A stretch of 32,913 nucleotides of DNA from Thermoplasmata archaeon (GTDB taxonomy: Archaea; Thermoplasmatota; Thermoplasmata; Lutacidiplasmatales; UBA184): NCBI GenBank assembly GCA_050011075.1, contig JBEKJT010000002.1, forward strand, positions 1 to 32,913, read 5' to 3'. The position numbers were made by a program, and so were the translations under genes. A model generated the notes under the pieces. The model had not been told where the DNA came from and did not search any database. It was given only the letters and a program-made list of their open reading frames with translations. Positions 1 to 8,466 of this stretch are shown piece by piece (the first letter of the stretch is position 1; every line of letters starts with the position of its first letter).

Positions 1-468
1 GACCGGGCGGCCGTGGGCCGGCTCGAGGCGGCCAAGGGGCGGCCGAGCGGCCAACCGATCTCGGTCGCGGTAAGCTCGGTGCCCGAGGTCGAGGCGCTCG
101 CCGAGCTCTCCGGGCCGGCGCGCCGGTTCCTACGGGGACATCTTCCCGGTCCGTACACGGTCCTCGTGCGCCCCTCGCCCCTCGCCCGACGCACCCTCGC
201 CCCGCGCGTCTTCGCGGAAAACGGGACGGTGGGGTTGCGCGTGCCGGACCACCCCGTCGCGCGCGAGCTCGCCCGCCGGGCGGGGCCGCTGACGGCGACC
301 AGCGCGAACTTCCACGGAGCGCCGCCGTGCCGCACCGTGCCGGAAGCCCGTCGCGTCTTCGCCGACCGCGTCGAGGTCTACCTCGGGTCCGACCCGCCGG
401 GGTCGGGTCGCCCGTCGACGCTGGTCGACCTGACCCGGGAGGAGCCGCGGGCGGTCCCGCGGAAGTGA
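1..468 (+). CDS. tsaC: L-threonylcarbamoyladenylate synthase, YrdC/Sua5-domain protein (5' end probably outside window)
   Basis: The frame is open from the window edge. ORF 13..468 shows YrdC-family hallmarks (KGRPSGQPISV, LPGPYTVLV, TATSANFHG). The TGA stop at 466-468 lies 5 nt before the next gene. Confidence 0.7.
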   Translation, partial: DRAAVGRLEAAKGRPSGQPISVAVSSVPEVEALAELSGPARRFLRGHLPGPYTVLVRPSPLARRTLAPRVFAENGTVGLRVPDHPVARELARRAGPLTATSANFHGAPPCRTVPEARRVFADRVEVYLGSDPPGSGRPSTLVDLTREEPRAVPRK

Positions 469-473
469 GGACC

Positions 474-1370
474 GTGGCTCGCTATCCGGAGGGCCTCGAT
501 CGATGGCGCCGGGCCGGGCAGATCGCCGCCGGGGCACGCGAGCTCGGGCTCCGCCTCACGGTCCCCGGGTCGCGCCGGCGGGACGTCGCCGAGGCGATCG
601 AAGCGCACATCCGCGATTCGGGCGCCGAACCCGCGTTCCCGGTGAACCTCTCCCGGAATTCCGAAGCGGCCCACTACACCCCCTCCCTGGACGACGAAGC
701 GGAGTTCGTCGCCGGCGACCTCGTCAAGGTCGACGTCGGGGCCCACCTCGACGGGGCGATCGCGGACACGGCCGACACCGTCGAGGTCGGGGGAACGCAC
801 CGGTGGGAGAACCTCATTCGCGCCGCCCGCGAGGGTCTGAGGGAAGGGATCGCCCGCGTGCGGCCCGGGGTCCCGGTCGACGAGGTGAGCCGCGCCATCG
901 CGCAAGCGATCCGGGCCCGAGGTCTCAAACCGGTGCAGAACCTCACGGGTCACTCGATCGAGCGCTACCTCCTGCACGCAGGGAAATCGATACCGAACGT
1001 GCCGGGCGCGAGCGCGGCGACCCTCGAGGAGGGTGAGGTGATCGCGATCGAGCCGTTCGCGACCAACGGGGAGGGGATGATCGCGAACGGCCCGTTCGGG
1101 AACATCGCCCGGTTCCGCAGCGACCCGGGACCGAAGGACCCCGAGCTCGCCCGGCTTTACGACCGCTTCCGGACGCTGCCGTTCGCCGTCCGCTGGGCCG
1201 CGCGGACCGAGGAGCAGGAGGCCCTTCGACGGGCCCGGCGAGTACTGCAGATGTACCCGGTCTTCGTCGAGCACGGTCGCGGTTGGGTCGCCCAGGCCGA
1301 GCACACGATCCTCGTCGGGCCCGTCGGCGCGGAGGTCCTCTCCGCCCTCCCGGGAGCGGGCGGCGCCTAG
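474..1370 (+). CDS. map: methionine aminopeptidase, type 2 (archaeal)
   Basis: GTG at 474 is in frame with ORF 327..1370 and gives ~298 aa. Metal-ligand motifs present: DLVKVDVGAHLDGAIADTA, LTGHSIERY, EVIAIEPFAT, AQAEHTILV. Residues upstream of 474 are Arg/Pro-rich read-through overlapping tsaC. Confidence 0.9.
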   Translation: MARYPEGLDRWRRAGQIAAGARELGLRLTVPGSRRRDVAEAIEAHIRDSGAEPAFPVNLSRNSEAAHYTPSLDDEAEFVAGDLVKVDVGAHLDGAIADTADTVEVGGTHRWENLIRAAREGLREGIARVRPGVPVDEVSRAIAQAIRARGLKPVQNLTGHSIERYLLHAGKSIPNVPGASAATLEEGEVIAIEPFATNGEGMIANGPFGNIARFRSDPGPKDPELARLYDRFRTLPFAVRWAARTEEQEALRRARRVLQMYPVFVEHGRGWVAQAEHTILVGPVGAEVLSALPGAGGA

Positions 1371-1371
1371 T

Positions 1372-2514
1372 CTAGTTCCGCGCGCCCTCGAGCCGACTTC
1401 GCGCGAGGACCGCGCCCCGGACCATCGCCTCAAGCTTCGCCCGGGCGATGGGCAGGCTGCGCGTCCGCAGGCCACAGTCCGGGTTCACCCAGATCCGGCG
1501 CGGGTCGCCGAGGTACTGGCTCGCCCGTTCGATCCGCGTCGCGACGAGCTCGGGGGTCTCGACCGTGTCGCGGTGGACGTCGACGACGCCGAGCCCGACC
1601 TCGCGCGTGTCGCCGTACTCGGCGAGCGCCTTCAACACCGCGTACCCGTCGTGCCCGTCGAGGTCTCGGTTCGCGAACTCCCACGCCCACTGGCGGCAGC
1701 GCTTCGCCTCGAGGAGCTTCGGCAGGAGGTGACGGTAGTCCGAGTAGCAGATGTGCATCGAGAACTCGGCGTCGAACCCCTCGGTGGCCGCGTTGAACCC
1801 TTCGACCACGAGGTCCGCTTCGTCCGGGTGGGTGCCGGCGGCGGGCTCGTCGACCTGGATGACCCGACAGCCGTGCTCGATCAACGCCTGGATCGTCGGG
1901 CGGATCGCCCGACGGGCGAGGTCGACCACGAACTCGCGCTGGCCCGCCCGCCGGGCCGTCCGGCCCTTCCAGCCTTTCTGGCGAGCGAGGTAGTGCTCGT
2001 TGTACGACCACTCGGCGAGGGTGTACGGACCCGTGATCGGGAGCTTCGGCTCGGCCCGCGCGTGGCGGCGGACGTAGTCGAACTCGTCGACGTGGTACGG
2101 GCGCTCGAGGCGGACCTCGTCCACCACCGCGGCCTTGAGGTAGTACTTGTTGTCGAAGGAGCGCACGTGGCCCTGGAAGCGGAAGCCGCGCATCTGGCGG
2201 ATCGGGTGCTCATACATCTCGATCCGGCGCGCCTCCCCGTCGTAGACCCGGTCGAGGCCCGCGGTCTCGAGGTAGCGGATTCCGAAGAGCGCCCCGAGGT
2301 CCCGCACGCTCTCGGGGTCGACCTCCCGCGCCCGGCCGGCGAGGAGGGCCTCCCGAACGTGCGGCTGGTCGGCGGCGAAGCCGGTCACCGCGTCCCAGTG
2401 GCGGAACTCCTCCTTCGCGGCGTCGTCCAGCGGCTCGTTCCGCTGGCCGAGCAGTTGCCAGCGCGGCTTCGCGAGGCTCCCGATTTCCTGGGTCGGGAAG
2501 AGCCCGCGGGTCAC
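1372..2514 (-). CDS. metE: cobalamin-independent methionine synthase, catalytic (C-terminal-barrel type) protein
   Basis: Last 380 codons of ORF 1372..3228. GTG at 2514..2512 overlaps the stop of the upstream gene (GTGA). MetE zinc-ligand motifs MHICYSDY (His-x-Cys) and VNPDCGLRT are present. The part of the ORF upstream of 2514 is Arg/Pro/Gly junk overlapping the next gene. Confidence 0.85.
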   Translation of the reverse strand: MTRGLFPTQEIGSLAKPRWQLLGQRNEPLDDAAKEEFRHWDAVTGFAADQPHVREALLAGRAREVDPESVRDLGALFGIRYLETAGLDRVYDGEARRIEMYEHPIRQMRGFRFQGHVRSFDNKYYLKAAVVDEVRLERPYHVDEFDYVRRHARAEPKLPITGPYTLAEWSYNEHYLARQKGWKGRTARRAGQREFVVDLARRAIRPTIQALIEHGCRVIQVDEPAAGTHPDEADLVVEGFNAATEGFDAEFSMHICYSDYRHLLPKLLEAKRCRQWAWEFANRDLDGHDGYAVLKALAEYGDTREVGLGVVDVHRDTVETPELVATRIERASQYLGDPRRIWVNPDCGLRTRSLPIARAKLEAMVRGAVLARSRLEGARN

Positions 2515-3482
2515 GGACGGCCTCCGGCGTCGAGCGCCTGTCGGACGGCCGGCAGGACGTGGAGCTTGCGGGTGGCCGGTTCCCAGGGCAACAGGTCGAG
2601 CGGAGCCCCCGGGGCGAGCCAGACGACCGATGGGCGTCGGCGGTCGTAGGCGGCCCGGACCACCTTCGCGACCTCGGCCGGATCCTCTCCGAGCGTGGTG
2701 CGCGGGTCGACGACCCCGAGGCCGAGGCCCGTGCGCTCGGGCGCCCGGGGCAGCTTGTCGACATCGGTCTCCGCGAGGTCGATGCCGACCGCGCCGACGG
2801 GCAAACGGTCGAGGACCGGGAAGGCCGGGACCGCGTCGGCCCCGTACGTCCACACGATCGACGTAGCTCCGGCGAGCTCGGCCCGGAGCGCCTCGTACCC
2901 GGCCGTGACCGCCGCGGCCCGGGTGCCCTCGGGGGGGTGGATCACGAGCAAGGGCTCGGAGAACACGAACGTGCGGAAGCCCAGGCCGCGCAGCTCCCGG
3001 ACCTCTTCGGCCAGCGTGCGGCCGAGCCGGTGGATGACCGACTCCTCTGTCTCCCCCGAGCGGTTGTCGAGGACCCGCGCGAACGTGTAGGGTCCGGGCA
3101 GCAGGATCCGGCCGGACTCCGGGTGGACGCGCAGCGCCGGCGGCAAGCGGGACGCCACAGCGCCCGGGGCTCGGCCGGGAGGCGCGAGAAGGATCGGCTG
3201 GCGGAAGAACGTGTTCGTCTCGAGCCACCGGGTCAAGGGACCGACCGAGAACCCCTCCCAGGTCTCCGCGAACGGGCGGAAGAGGTCGGGCCAGCGCAGG
3301 TAACCGCCAGTGACCGAGTCGAAGCCGAGCCGACGCTCGAGCGCGACGACGTCGCGTTCGGCGAGCTCATAGAGCTCCTCGACCGCCTCGGGTGTCGTCC
3401 GCCCGCGGTCGAGGTCCCGGGTCGCGTTGACGAGAGATTCGGGTCGGGGGAAGGGCCCGGTGAGCCCGGTGCGGATGTTCAT
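2511..3482 (-). CDS. MetE N-terminal-barrel-like protein (separate polypeptide)
   Basis: ORF 2511..3482, ATG start, 323 aa. Resembles the non-catalytic N-terminal half of MetE (GGYLRWPDLFRPF, WLETNTFFRQP). Translationally coupled to metE by a 4-nt overlap. Confidence 0.7.
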   Translation of the reverse strand: MNIRTGLTGPFPRPESLVNATRDLDRGRTTPEAVEELYELAERDVVALERRLGFDSVTGGYLRWPDLFRPFAETWEGFSVGPLTRWLETNTFFRQPILLAPPGRAPGAVASRLPPALRVHPESGRILLPGPYTFARVLDNRSGETEESVIHRLGRTLAEEVRELRGLGFRTFVFSEPLLVIHPPEGTRAAAVTAGYEALRAELAGATSIVWTYGADAVPAFPVLDRLPVGAVGIDLAETDVDKLPRAPERTGLGLGVVDPRTTLGEDPAEVAKVVRAAYDRRRPSVVWLAPGAPLDLLPWEPATRKLHVLPAVRQALDAGGRP

Positions 3483-3507
3483 CGCGGGCCCACCCCGGGA
3501 CCGACCC

Positions 3508-3513
3508 TTAAGT
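3508..3513 (-). promoter_or_regulatory. TATA-like box (CTTAAG) ~28 nt upstream of the metE-N ATG
   Basis: The only A/T-rich hexamer in a G+C-rich spacer. The spacing fits a leaderless start at 3482. Confidence 0.35.
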
Positions 3514-3578
3514 CTGCCGTCGCGCCCGCGGCCTGCGAGTCAGGAAATGTCGTTGCGTCGGGGACAACCCCTACCGTA

Positions 3579-4661
3579 TCATTCTGCGAGGTTCGCGCGA
3601 ACGATGCGGTCGAAGTCGGTCGGCTTCGGAGGCCAGCCCTCGGACATGTAGGCGAGGAACGCCTCGCGCGACGGCTGGAGCAGGGCTTCGTTCCTCGCCC
3701 GCTCGAAGCCGAGGGTCGAGACGAAGCGGTCGGGCAGGGCGTGTCTCGGCCCGTAGTGGGCGGGGTAGACCTCGGTCTCGGCCGGAAGGCGCAGGAGCTT
3801 CTCCTGGAGGCTCTCCCATAGGAGCTCGGGGGACCCGCCACCGAGGTCGGTCCGCCCGCAGCTCCCGAGCAGTAGCGTGTCGCCCGTGAAGATCCGGTCG
3901 CGTACGCGCAGCGTGAGATGGTCCCGGGTGTGGCCGGGGGTTTCGAGCACCGAGACCTCTTCGGTGCCGAAGCGGACCGCCTCGCCCTCGGTGAGGGTCC
4001 GGTGGGGGTACTCGGCCGGGGAACGATGGCTGACGTAGATCGGAGCGCCGGTCGCGGCATGGAGTCGCGCGTGCCCGGCGAGGTGGTCCGCGTGGGTATG
4101 GGTCTCCACGATCGCCGCGAGCCGCCACCCTCCCTCCGCCAAGAGGGAGCGGTACGGCGCCTCGTCCCGCCCCGGGTCGATGACCAGCGCGACGCGTTCC
4201 GCGAGGTCCCCGACGAAGTAGCTCAAACAGCCCTCCGGTCGGGGGAGCTGACGCAACAGGACGCGGTTCGCCGGCGCGTCGACCGGATACCGCGGCACGC
4301 TCGGGTCGGCGATCCGGGCGTACTCATCGAGGCCGCCTTCGAGGGCCGCCGCCCGCTCGAACCCCTGCCGCTCGAGGTATTCGGCGGCGTCCCGGGCACG
4401 GGAGCCGAGGTGATCGTACATCACGAGCGGTCGGTCCCGCGGGAACGTCGCCGCCTCCGCGGCGAGTCGCTCGAGCGGCACGTGCCGGTCGTTCGGCAGG
4501 TGCGCGATCGCTCGCTCGGCGGCGGGCCGGACGTCCACCAGGAACGGCGGCGCGTCCGAGCGGAGCAGGGCCTCGAGTTCCTTGGGGGCGATCAGCGTGA
4601 CGGCACCGACGCGCGGCGGCCGAAGGAATGGATGCGGTAGGGGGGAGGGGACGGAGGCCAT
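3579..4661 (-). CDS. rhodanese-homology domain fused to MBL-fold persulfide dioxygenase/glyoxalase II-like domain
   Basis: ORF 3579..4754. The preferred start is ATG 4661 (MASVPSPL...), about 33 nt downstream of a TATA-like box. The N-terminal domain is rhodanese-like (PPFLVDVRPAAE...VMYDHLGSRARDAAEYL). The C-terminal domain has THTHADH, TPGHTRDH and FTGDTLLLGSCGRTD. Confidence 0.75.
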   Translation of the reverse strand: MASVPSPLPHPFLRPPRVGAVTLIAPKELEALLRSDAPPFLVDVRPAAERAIAHLPNDRHVPLERLAAEAATFPRDRPLVMYDHLGSRARDAAEYLERQGFERAAALEGGLDEYARIADPSVPRYPVDAPANRVLLRQLPRPEGCLSYFVGDLAERVALVIDPGRDEAPYRSLLAEGGWRLAAIVETHTHADHLAGHARLHAATGAPIYVSHRSPAEYPHRTLTEGEAVRFGTEEVSVLETPGHTRDHLTLRVRDRIFTGDTLLLGSCGRTDLGGGSPELLWESLQEKLLRLPAETEVYPAHYGPRHALPDRFVSTLGFERARNEALLQPSREAFLAYMSEGWPPKPTDFDRIVRANLAE

Positions 4662-4690
4662 CGGGAACGGATTGGGACGTCGCGAACCTC

Positions 4691-4698
4691 TATTTAGA
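4691..4698 (-). promoter_or_regulatory. TATA-like box (TCTAAATA on minus strand) ~33 nt upstream of ATG 4661
   Basis: A/T island in the divergent 160-bp spacer. Confidence 0.4.
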
Positions 4699-4787
4699 CC
4701 CCCGCGCCGGCGCCGGTCTCGGACCTCCGCGGGAGCGGAGGTGGATACCGACAATTGACGAACTCGGTGAACGTCTCCGGCAAAGCG

Positions 4788-4795
4788 TTAATAAA
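4788..4795 (+). promoter_or_regulatory. TATA-like box (TTAATAAA) ~29 nt upstream of malic-enzyme ATG 4821
   Basis: A/T island. The spacing fits a leaderless mRNA. Confidence 0.4.
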
Positions 4796-4820
4796 CCGCG
4801 TCCCGGTCGTCGCTCCGTCC

Positions 4821-6257
4821 ATGGCGGAGGGCTCGACAGAGTCGGTCCCGGCAGACCGCGAAGGGCGACGTCGGGCGAAGGCGGTCGCGGCGGCCGCCGA
4901 GAAGAGCGAGGACCAGACCGACGCGCTCGGCCGTCGGTCGGTCGAACTCTCCGCGTACTTCCAGGGCAAGATCGAGACCGTGCCCAAGGTTCCCGTCCGC
5001 TCGCTTGCCGATTTCGCGTTGTGGTACACGCCCGGCGTGGCCGCCGTGTCGCGCGCGATCCACGCGGACCCCGACCTATCCTTCACGCTCACGGGTCGCT
5101 GGAACACGGTCGCCATCGTCACGGACGGCTCCCGGGTCCTTGGCCTCGGCGACATCGGTCCCCGGGCGGCCCTCCCGGTGATGGAGGGCAAGGCGCTCCT
5201 GTTCAAGTTCCTCGGCGGGGTCGACGCGCTGCCGATTCCGATCCAGGTCAGCTCGCCCGACCAGTTCATCGCGACGGTCGAGGCGCTCGCTCCCGCGTTC
5301 GGCGGGATCAACCTCGAGGACATCGCGTCGCCGAAGTGCTTCGGGATCCTCGAGGAGCTCCAGAAGCGCCTGCCGATCCCGGTCTGGCACGACGACCAGC
5401 TCGGGACCGCCGCAGCGACGGTCGCCGGCCTCCTGAACGCCCTCGAGCTCACGCACCGCTCGGTCTCCGAGGTCCGCACGGTCCTCCTCGGGGCCGGGGC
5501 GGCGAACCTCGTCACCGCCCGCCTCCTTCTCGCGCTCGGCCACGACCCGAAGCGGCTGACGCTCGTCGACCAGAAGGGGGTCCTCTACGCCGAACGGGAC
5601 GACGTCGACGAACTGATGCTGCGGAACCCGTGGAAGTACCGCATCGCGCTCCGGACGAACGGGGGAGGACGGTCGGGCGACCTCGCGGCCGCCCTCGACG
5701 GGGCGGACGTTCTCCTGGCAGCCTCCACCCCGAACCCCGACACCGTGCGACCCGCCCACATCCGGGCGATGGCTCCCGAACCGATCGTCTTCGCGCTCGC
5801 GAACCCGGTCCCGGAGATCTGGCCGGACGTCGCGAGGTCGGCCGGAGCTGCGATCGTCGCGACGGGCCGGAGCGACTTCCCGAACCAGGTCAATAACTCG
5901 CTCGTGTTCCCCGCCGTGTTCCGAGGCGTCCTGGACGCCCGGGCGCGTTCGATTCCCGACGAGGTCGTTCTGGCGGCCGCCCGCGAGCTCGCCCGTGGAG
6001 CGAATCGCAAGGGTCTCAGCGCCCACCACCTTCTCCCGACGATGGAAGAGCCCGGGGTATTCCCCGAGATCGCGGCCGCGGTCGGCGACACCGCCGTGCG
6101 CCTCGGGATCGCCCAGAACAAACTCTCCCACGAGGAGTTCCTCGAGCGGGCCCGTACGATGATGGGCCGCTCGCCCCGACTCGTTCGGGCGCTCGCACGC
6201 GCTCACATCAACCCGCCGATGCCCCGAACGGGGAGCCGGACCCGGAGATCTCGATGA
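4821..6257 (+). CDS. NAD(P)-dependent malic enzyme (small type, no PTA domain)
   Basis: YTPGVAAVSRAI, VAIVTDGSRVLGLGDIGPRAALPVMEGKALLFKF and GINLEDI are typical of malic enzymes. The ATG at 4821 lies ~29 nt after TTAATAAA. The track start at 4755 is a TTG whose first 22 codons contain that box. Confidence 0.85.
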   Translation: MAEGSTESVPADREGRRRAKAVAAAAEKSEDQTDALGRRSVELSAYFQGKIETVPKVPVRSLADFALWYTPGVAAVSRAIHADPDLSFTLTGRWNTVAIVTDGSRVLGLGDIGPRAALPVMEGKALLFKFLGGVDALPIPIQVSSPDQFIATVEALAPAFGGINLEDIASPKCFGILEELQKRLPIPVWHDDQLGTAAATVAGLLNALELTHRSVSEVRTVLLGAGAANLVTARLLLALGHDPKRLTLVDQKGVLYAERDDVDELMLRNPWKYRIALRTNGGGRSGDLAAALDGADVLLAASTPNPDTVRPAHIRAMAPEPIVFALANPVPEIWPDVARSAGAAIVATGRSDFPNQVNNSLVFPAVFRGVLDARARSIPDEVVLAAARELARGANRKGLSAHHLLPTMEEPGVFPEIAAAVGDTAVRLGIAQNKLSHEEFLERARTMMGRSPRLVRALARAHINPPMPRTGSRTRRSR

Positions 6258-6796
6258 CCGCAAGCAACGAACCGAACGCCCACCCGACCGCGAGCCCCAT
6301 GGCCGAGGGCCCCTCGATGCCGATCCACCTGCGACCGGCCCGCGAGGCCGACATCCCCGCCCTCATCCCGCTGCTCCTCCGCTTGAAGCGCCTCAACGAG
6401 GAGTTCGACCCGCTGCTCAAGGTGCGGGACGACGCGGACGAGCAGGCACGGAACCTGTTGCGCGCCAACCTCGCCGACCCGAAGAGCGTGGTCCTCTCGG
6501 CCGAGGGGGTGGGAGCCGACAAGGACAAGGTCGTCGGGTTCGTGCGCGCGGTCGTCCGCGAGCGGCCGTTCTACGTCCCCGAGCACGAGGGCGTGATCCT
6601 CGACATCTACCTCCTTCCGCTCTACCGGCGGCACGGGGTCGGCGAGTACCTCCTCCGTGAGGTCTCGGCCGCGCTCAAAGCGAAGGGCGCCGGCGTCGTG
6701 ACCGCGGAGTTCCCGGCCCAGAACGAGATCGCGAGCCGCTTCTACTCGAAGCGCGGCTTTCGGCCGATCACCGCGATCCACGCCCGGTCGCTCTAG
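6254..6796 (+). CDS. GNAT family N-acetyltransferase
   Basis: ORF 6254..6796. Acetyl-CoA-binding signature LYRRHGVGEYLLREV and C-terminal FYSKRGFRP. The ATG overlaps the malic-enzyme stop (ATGA). Internal ATGs at 6299 and 6317 are alternative starts. Confidence 0.75.
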   Translation: MTASNEPNAHPTASPMAEGPSMPIHLRPAREADIPALIPLLLRLKRLNEEFDPLLKVRDDADEQARNLLRANLADPKSVVLSAEGVGADKDKVVGFVRAVVRERPFYVPEHEGVILDIYLLPLYRRHGVGEYLLREVSAALKAKGAGVVTAEFPAQNEIASRFYSKRGFRPITAIHARSL

Positions 6797-6875
6797 GTCC
6801 GTATCGGGCAGCCCGGTCGTCCCCCGGGCACCGGTCCCCGGGAACGAACCCGCGAGCCTCCCTCAGGCCGCCCAT

Positions 6876-8189
6876 TCACAGGCTAATGGACCCCACGACC
6901 TTGGAGGTCAGCACGGTGCTGGTGACGCTCAACGAGTCGCCCGAGAGGTTCCAGGAACTGGGGCAGACGATGAGCAGCTGCTGGTGGCTCACCAGGGCGT
7001 CGACCGGGACCGACCATGCGGTCCCGTTCGGGGACACCCCGTAGCTGTTGAGCCATTCCCCGTTCGAAGAGAGAAGCAGCGCGTACCAGCCCGTGGGGTC
7101 GGCCGTGCACTCCGCCGTGGAGGCAACCCAGGACCGACAGGCCGAAACTCCCAAGGGTAGGTTCTGGCCGGTGGGGGTCGTCAGGTTGAGGCTCGCCATC
7201 CAGTTGGCGAGACCCCACGCGTCGTCGTCGTTGGTCAGGGTGCCGTTCGGGAGAGCGATGGCCACCTGGAATGGCACGGTCGCCTGGGCGGTCGAAGACC
7301 CGTTGACGACCGTGGCTGGCGAGAACATCATATCATAGGTTGCGTCGAGGGCACCATAGCCCGAAACCGGGAGGGCGCAACCGTGGGTCAAGTTCTCCGT
7401 TTCGCCCCATTGACCCTGGGCACTCTCGCCCACTAGGACCAAGGGTTCCGCCCCCCCGGCCACCCCGACCAGGCCGCAGCGGTCGAAGAACACCCCGTAT
7501 CCGGACACGTCCCCGAATCCGTCGAAGATGCCCGGTCCGACGGTGATGAGCTCCACTTCCGGCGCGTTGCGCGCGAGCCGGTTCTGGTCGACATGGTCCA
7601 AAGCGACCTGGACCGCTGCGGGACTGTCCACGGGGAACGTACCGGGCGGAATGGTCCAGCGACTCGCGTCCGTCCCGAGGTCATACCAGGCATTGCAAGG
7701 CCATGGGTAGGTCATAGGAGGAAAGACGTGCGGCGTCCCGAGAACGTCCGTCGCGAGAAGGATGTCCTCGGTCGTGTTCGAGAAGAACGCAAACTGCCAG
7801 AACGGGGCCGTTCCCGAGTCGAACGTCCCGTGGAACACCGGCATCGTCCCGTTCCACAGCGTCAGCCCGTTGAATTCTTGGCCGCACGAGTTCACGGTGT
7901 CGTTCTCGCTCGGATAGCCCACGACGTTCGGACTGAAGGGGGACTGGGCGGCAACGCCCCAGACGGAGAAGAGGGCCCACGGGCCGCCCGAAACGTCTCG
8001 GATCGAGGCGTTGACCGCCGAGAGCGCCTGGTACATCGTCGGCCCGTCGGGCTGGGGGCCGCTCGTCGCGTTGCCCGACCCGAGCGTGGAGTAGTAGAAC
8101 CGGGCCCCGGCGGCGGCCGCGAGGGCCACGCAGAACGCGACCCCGATGACGACGATGCGATTGGCCCGCAGCCAGGTCATGATCGGCAT
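6876..8189 (-). CDS. hypothetical N-terminally anchored extracellular glycoprotein
   Basis: 437-aa ORF with one N-terminal hydrophobic anchor (IVVIGVAFCVALAAAAG), 11 N-x-S/T sequons and several Cys. I recognise no family. Confidence 0.6.
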   Translation of the reverse strand: MPIMTWLRANRIVVIGVAFCVALAAAAGARFYYSTLGSGNATSGPQPDGPTMYQALSAVNASIRDVSGGPWALFSVWGVAAQSPFSPNVVGYPSENDTVNSCGQEFNGLTLWNGTMPVFHGTFDSGTAPFWQFAFFSNTTEDILLATDVLGTPHVFPPMTYPWPCNAWYDLGTDASRWTIPPGTFPVDSPAAVQVALDHVDQNRLARNAPEVELITVGPGIFDGFGDVSGYGVFFDRCGLVGVAGGAEPLVLVGESAQGQWGETENLTHGCALPVSGYGALDATYDMMFSPATVVNGSSTAQATVPFQVAIALPNGTLTNDDDAWGLANWMASLNLTTPTGQNLPLGVSACRSWVASTAECTADPTGWYALLLSSNGEWLNSYGVSPNGTAWSVPVDALVSHQQLLIVCPSSWNLSGDSLSVTSTVLTSKVVGSISL

Positions 8190-8436
8190 TCTCGGCCCGC
8201 CTCCACGAGCGCTCTCGGGCGGATGAGGTTAGCACACCCTAGGGTCACCCTACCGAGACGGGCTCCCGATTCGACGCGTCGTCTCCTCCCACGTCGGCCC
8301 TCCGCGCTCGATCCGCGGAGTACCGAGGACGGGGGGCCGAGCGGACCTCGTCCCGACCACCCCATTGCTCCGCCGACCCGAGGGGGACGCACTGCCGGAC
8401 GGTGCCGGAAGGAACGCCGCTTCCCCGTCCGCGAAC

Positions 8437-8442
8437 GTTATG
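8437..8442 (+). promoter_or_regulatory. TATA-like box (GTTATG) ~27 nt upstream of purC ATG 8467
   Basis: Spacing matches the other candidate boxes. Confidence 0.3.
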
Positions 8443-8466
8443 GGTTACCGGCCTCCTCGCGAGGCG

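Noticed and set aside
1372-3228. Long N-terminal extensions of track ORFs (1372..3228, 11274..13103, 13156..14646, 16141..18261, 21647..23503, 25904..27478, 28323..29264)
   Set aside because: The extensions overlap the upstream genes in another frame and are Arg/Pro/Gly-rich. Internal starts give normal-length proteins, often with 4-nt start/stop overlaps or an SD/TATA signal.
4755-4820. TTG 4755 as the malic-enzyme start, and ATG 4754 as the rhodanese-MBL start
   Set aside because: Both extensions run through the A/T boxes of the divergent promoter region and add non-conserved residues. ATG 4821 and ATG 4661 sit at leaderless distance from those boxes. Residual uncertainty is acknowledged.
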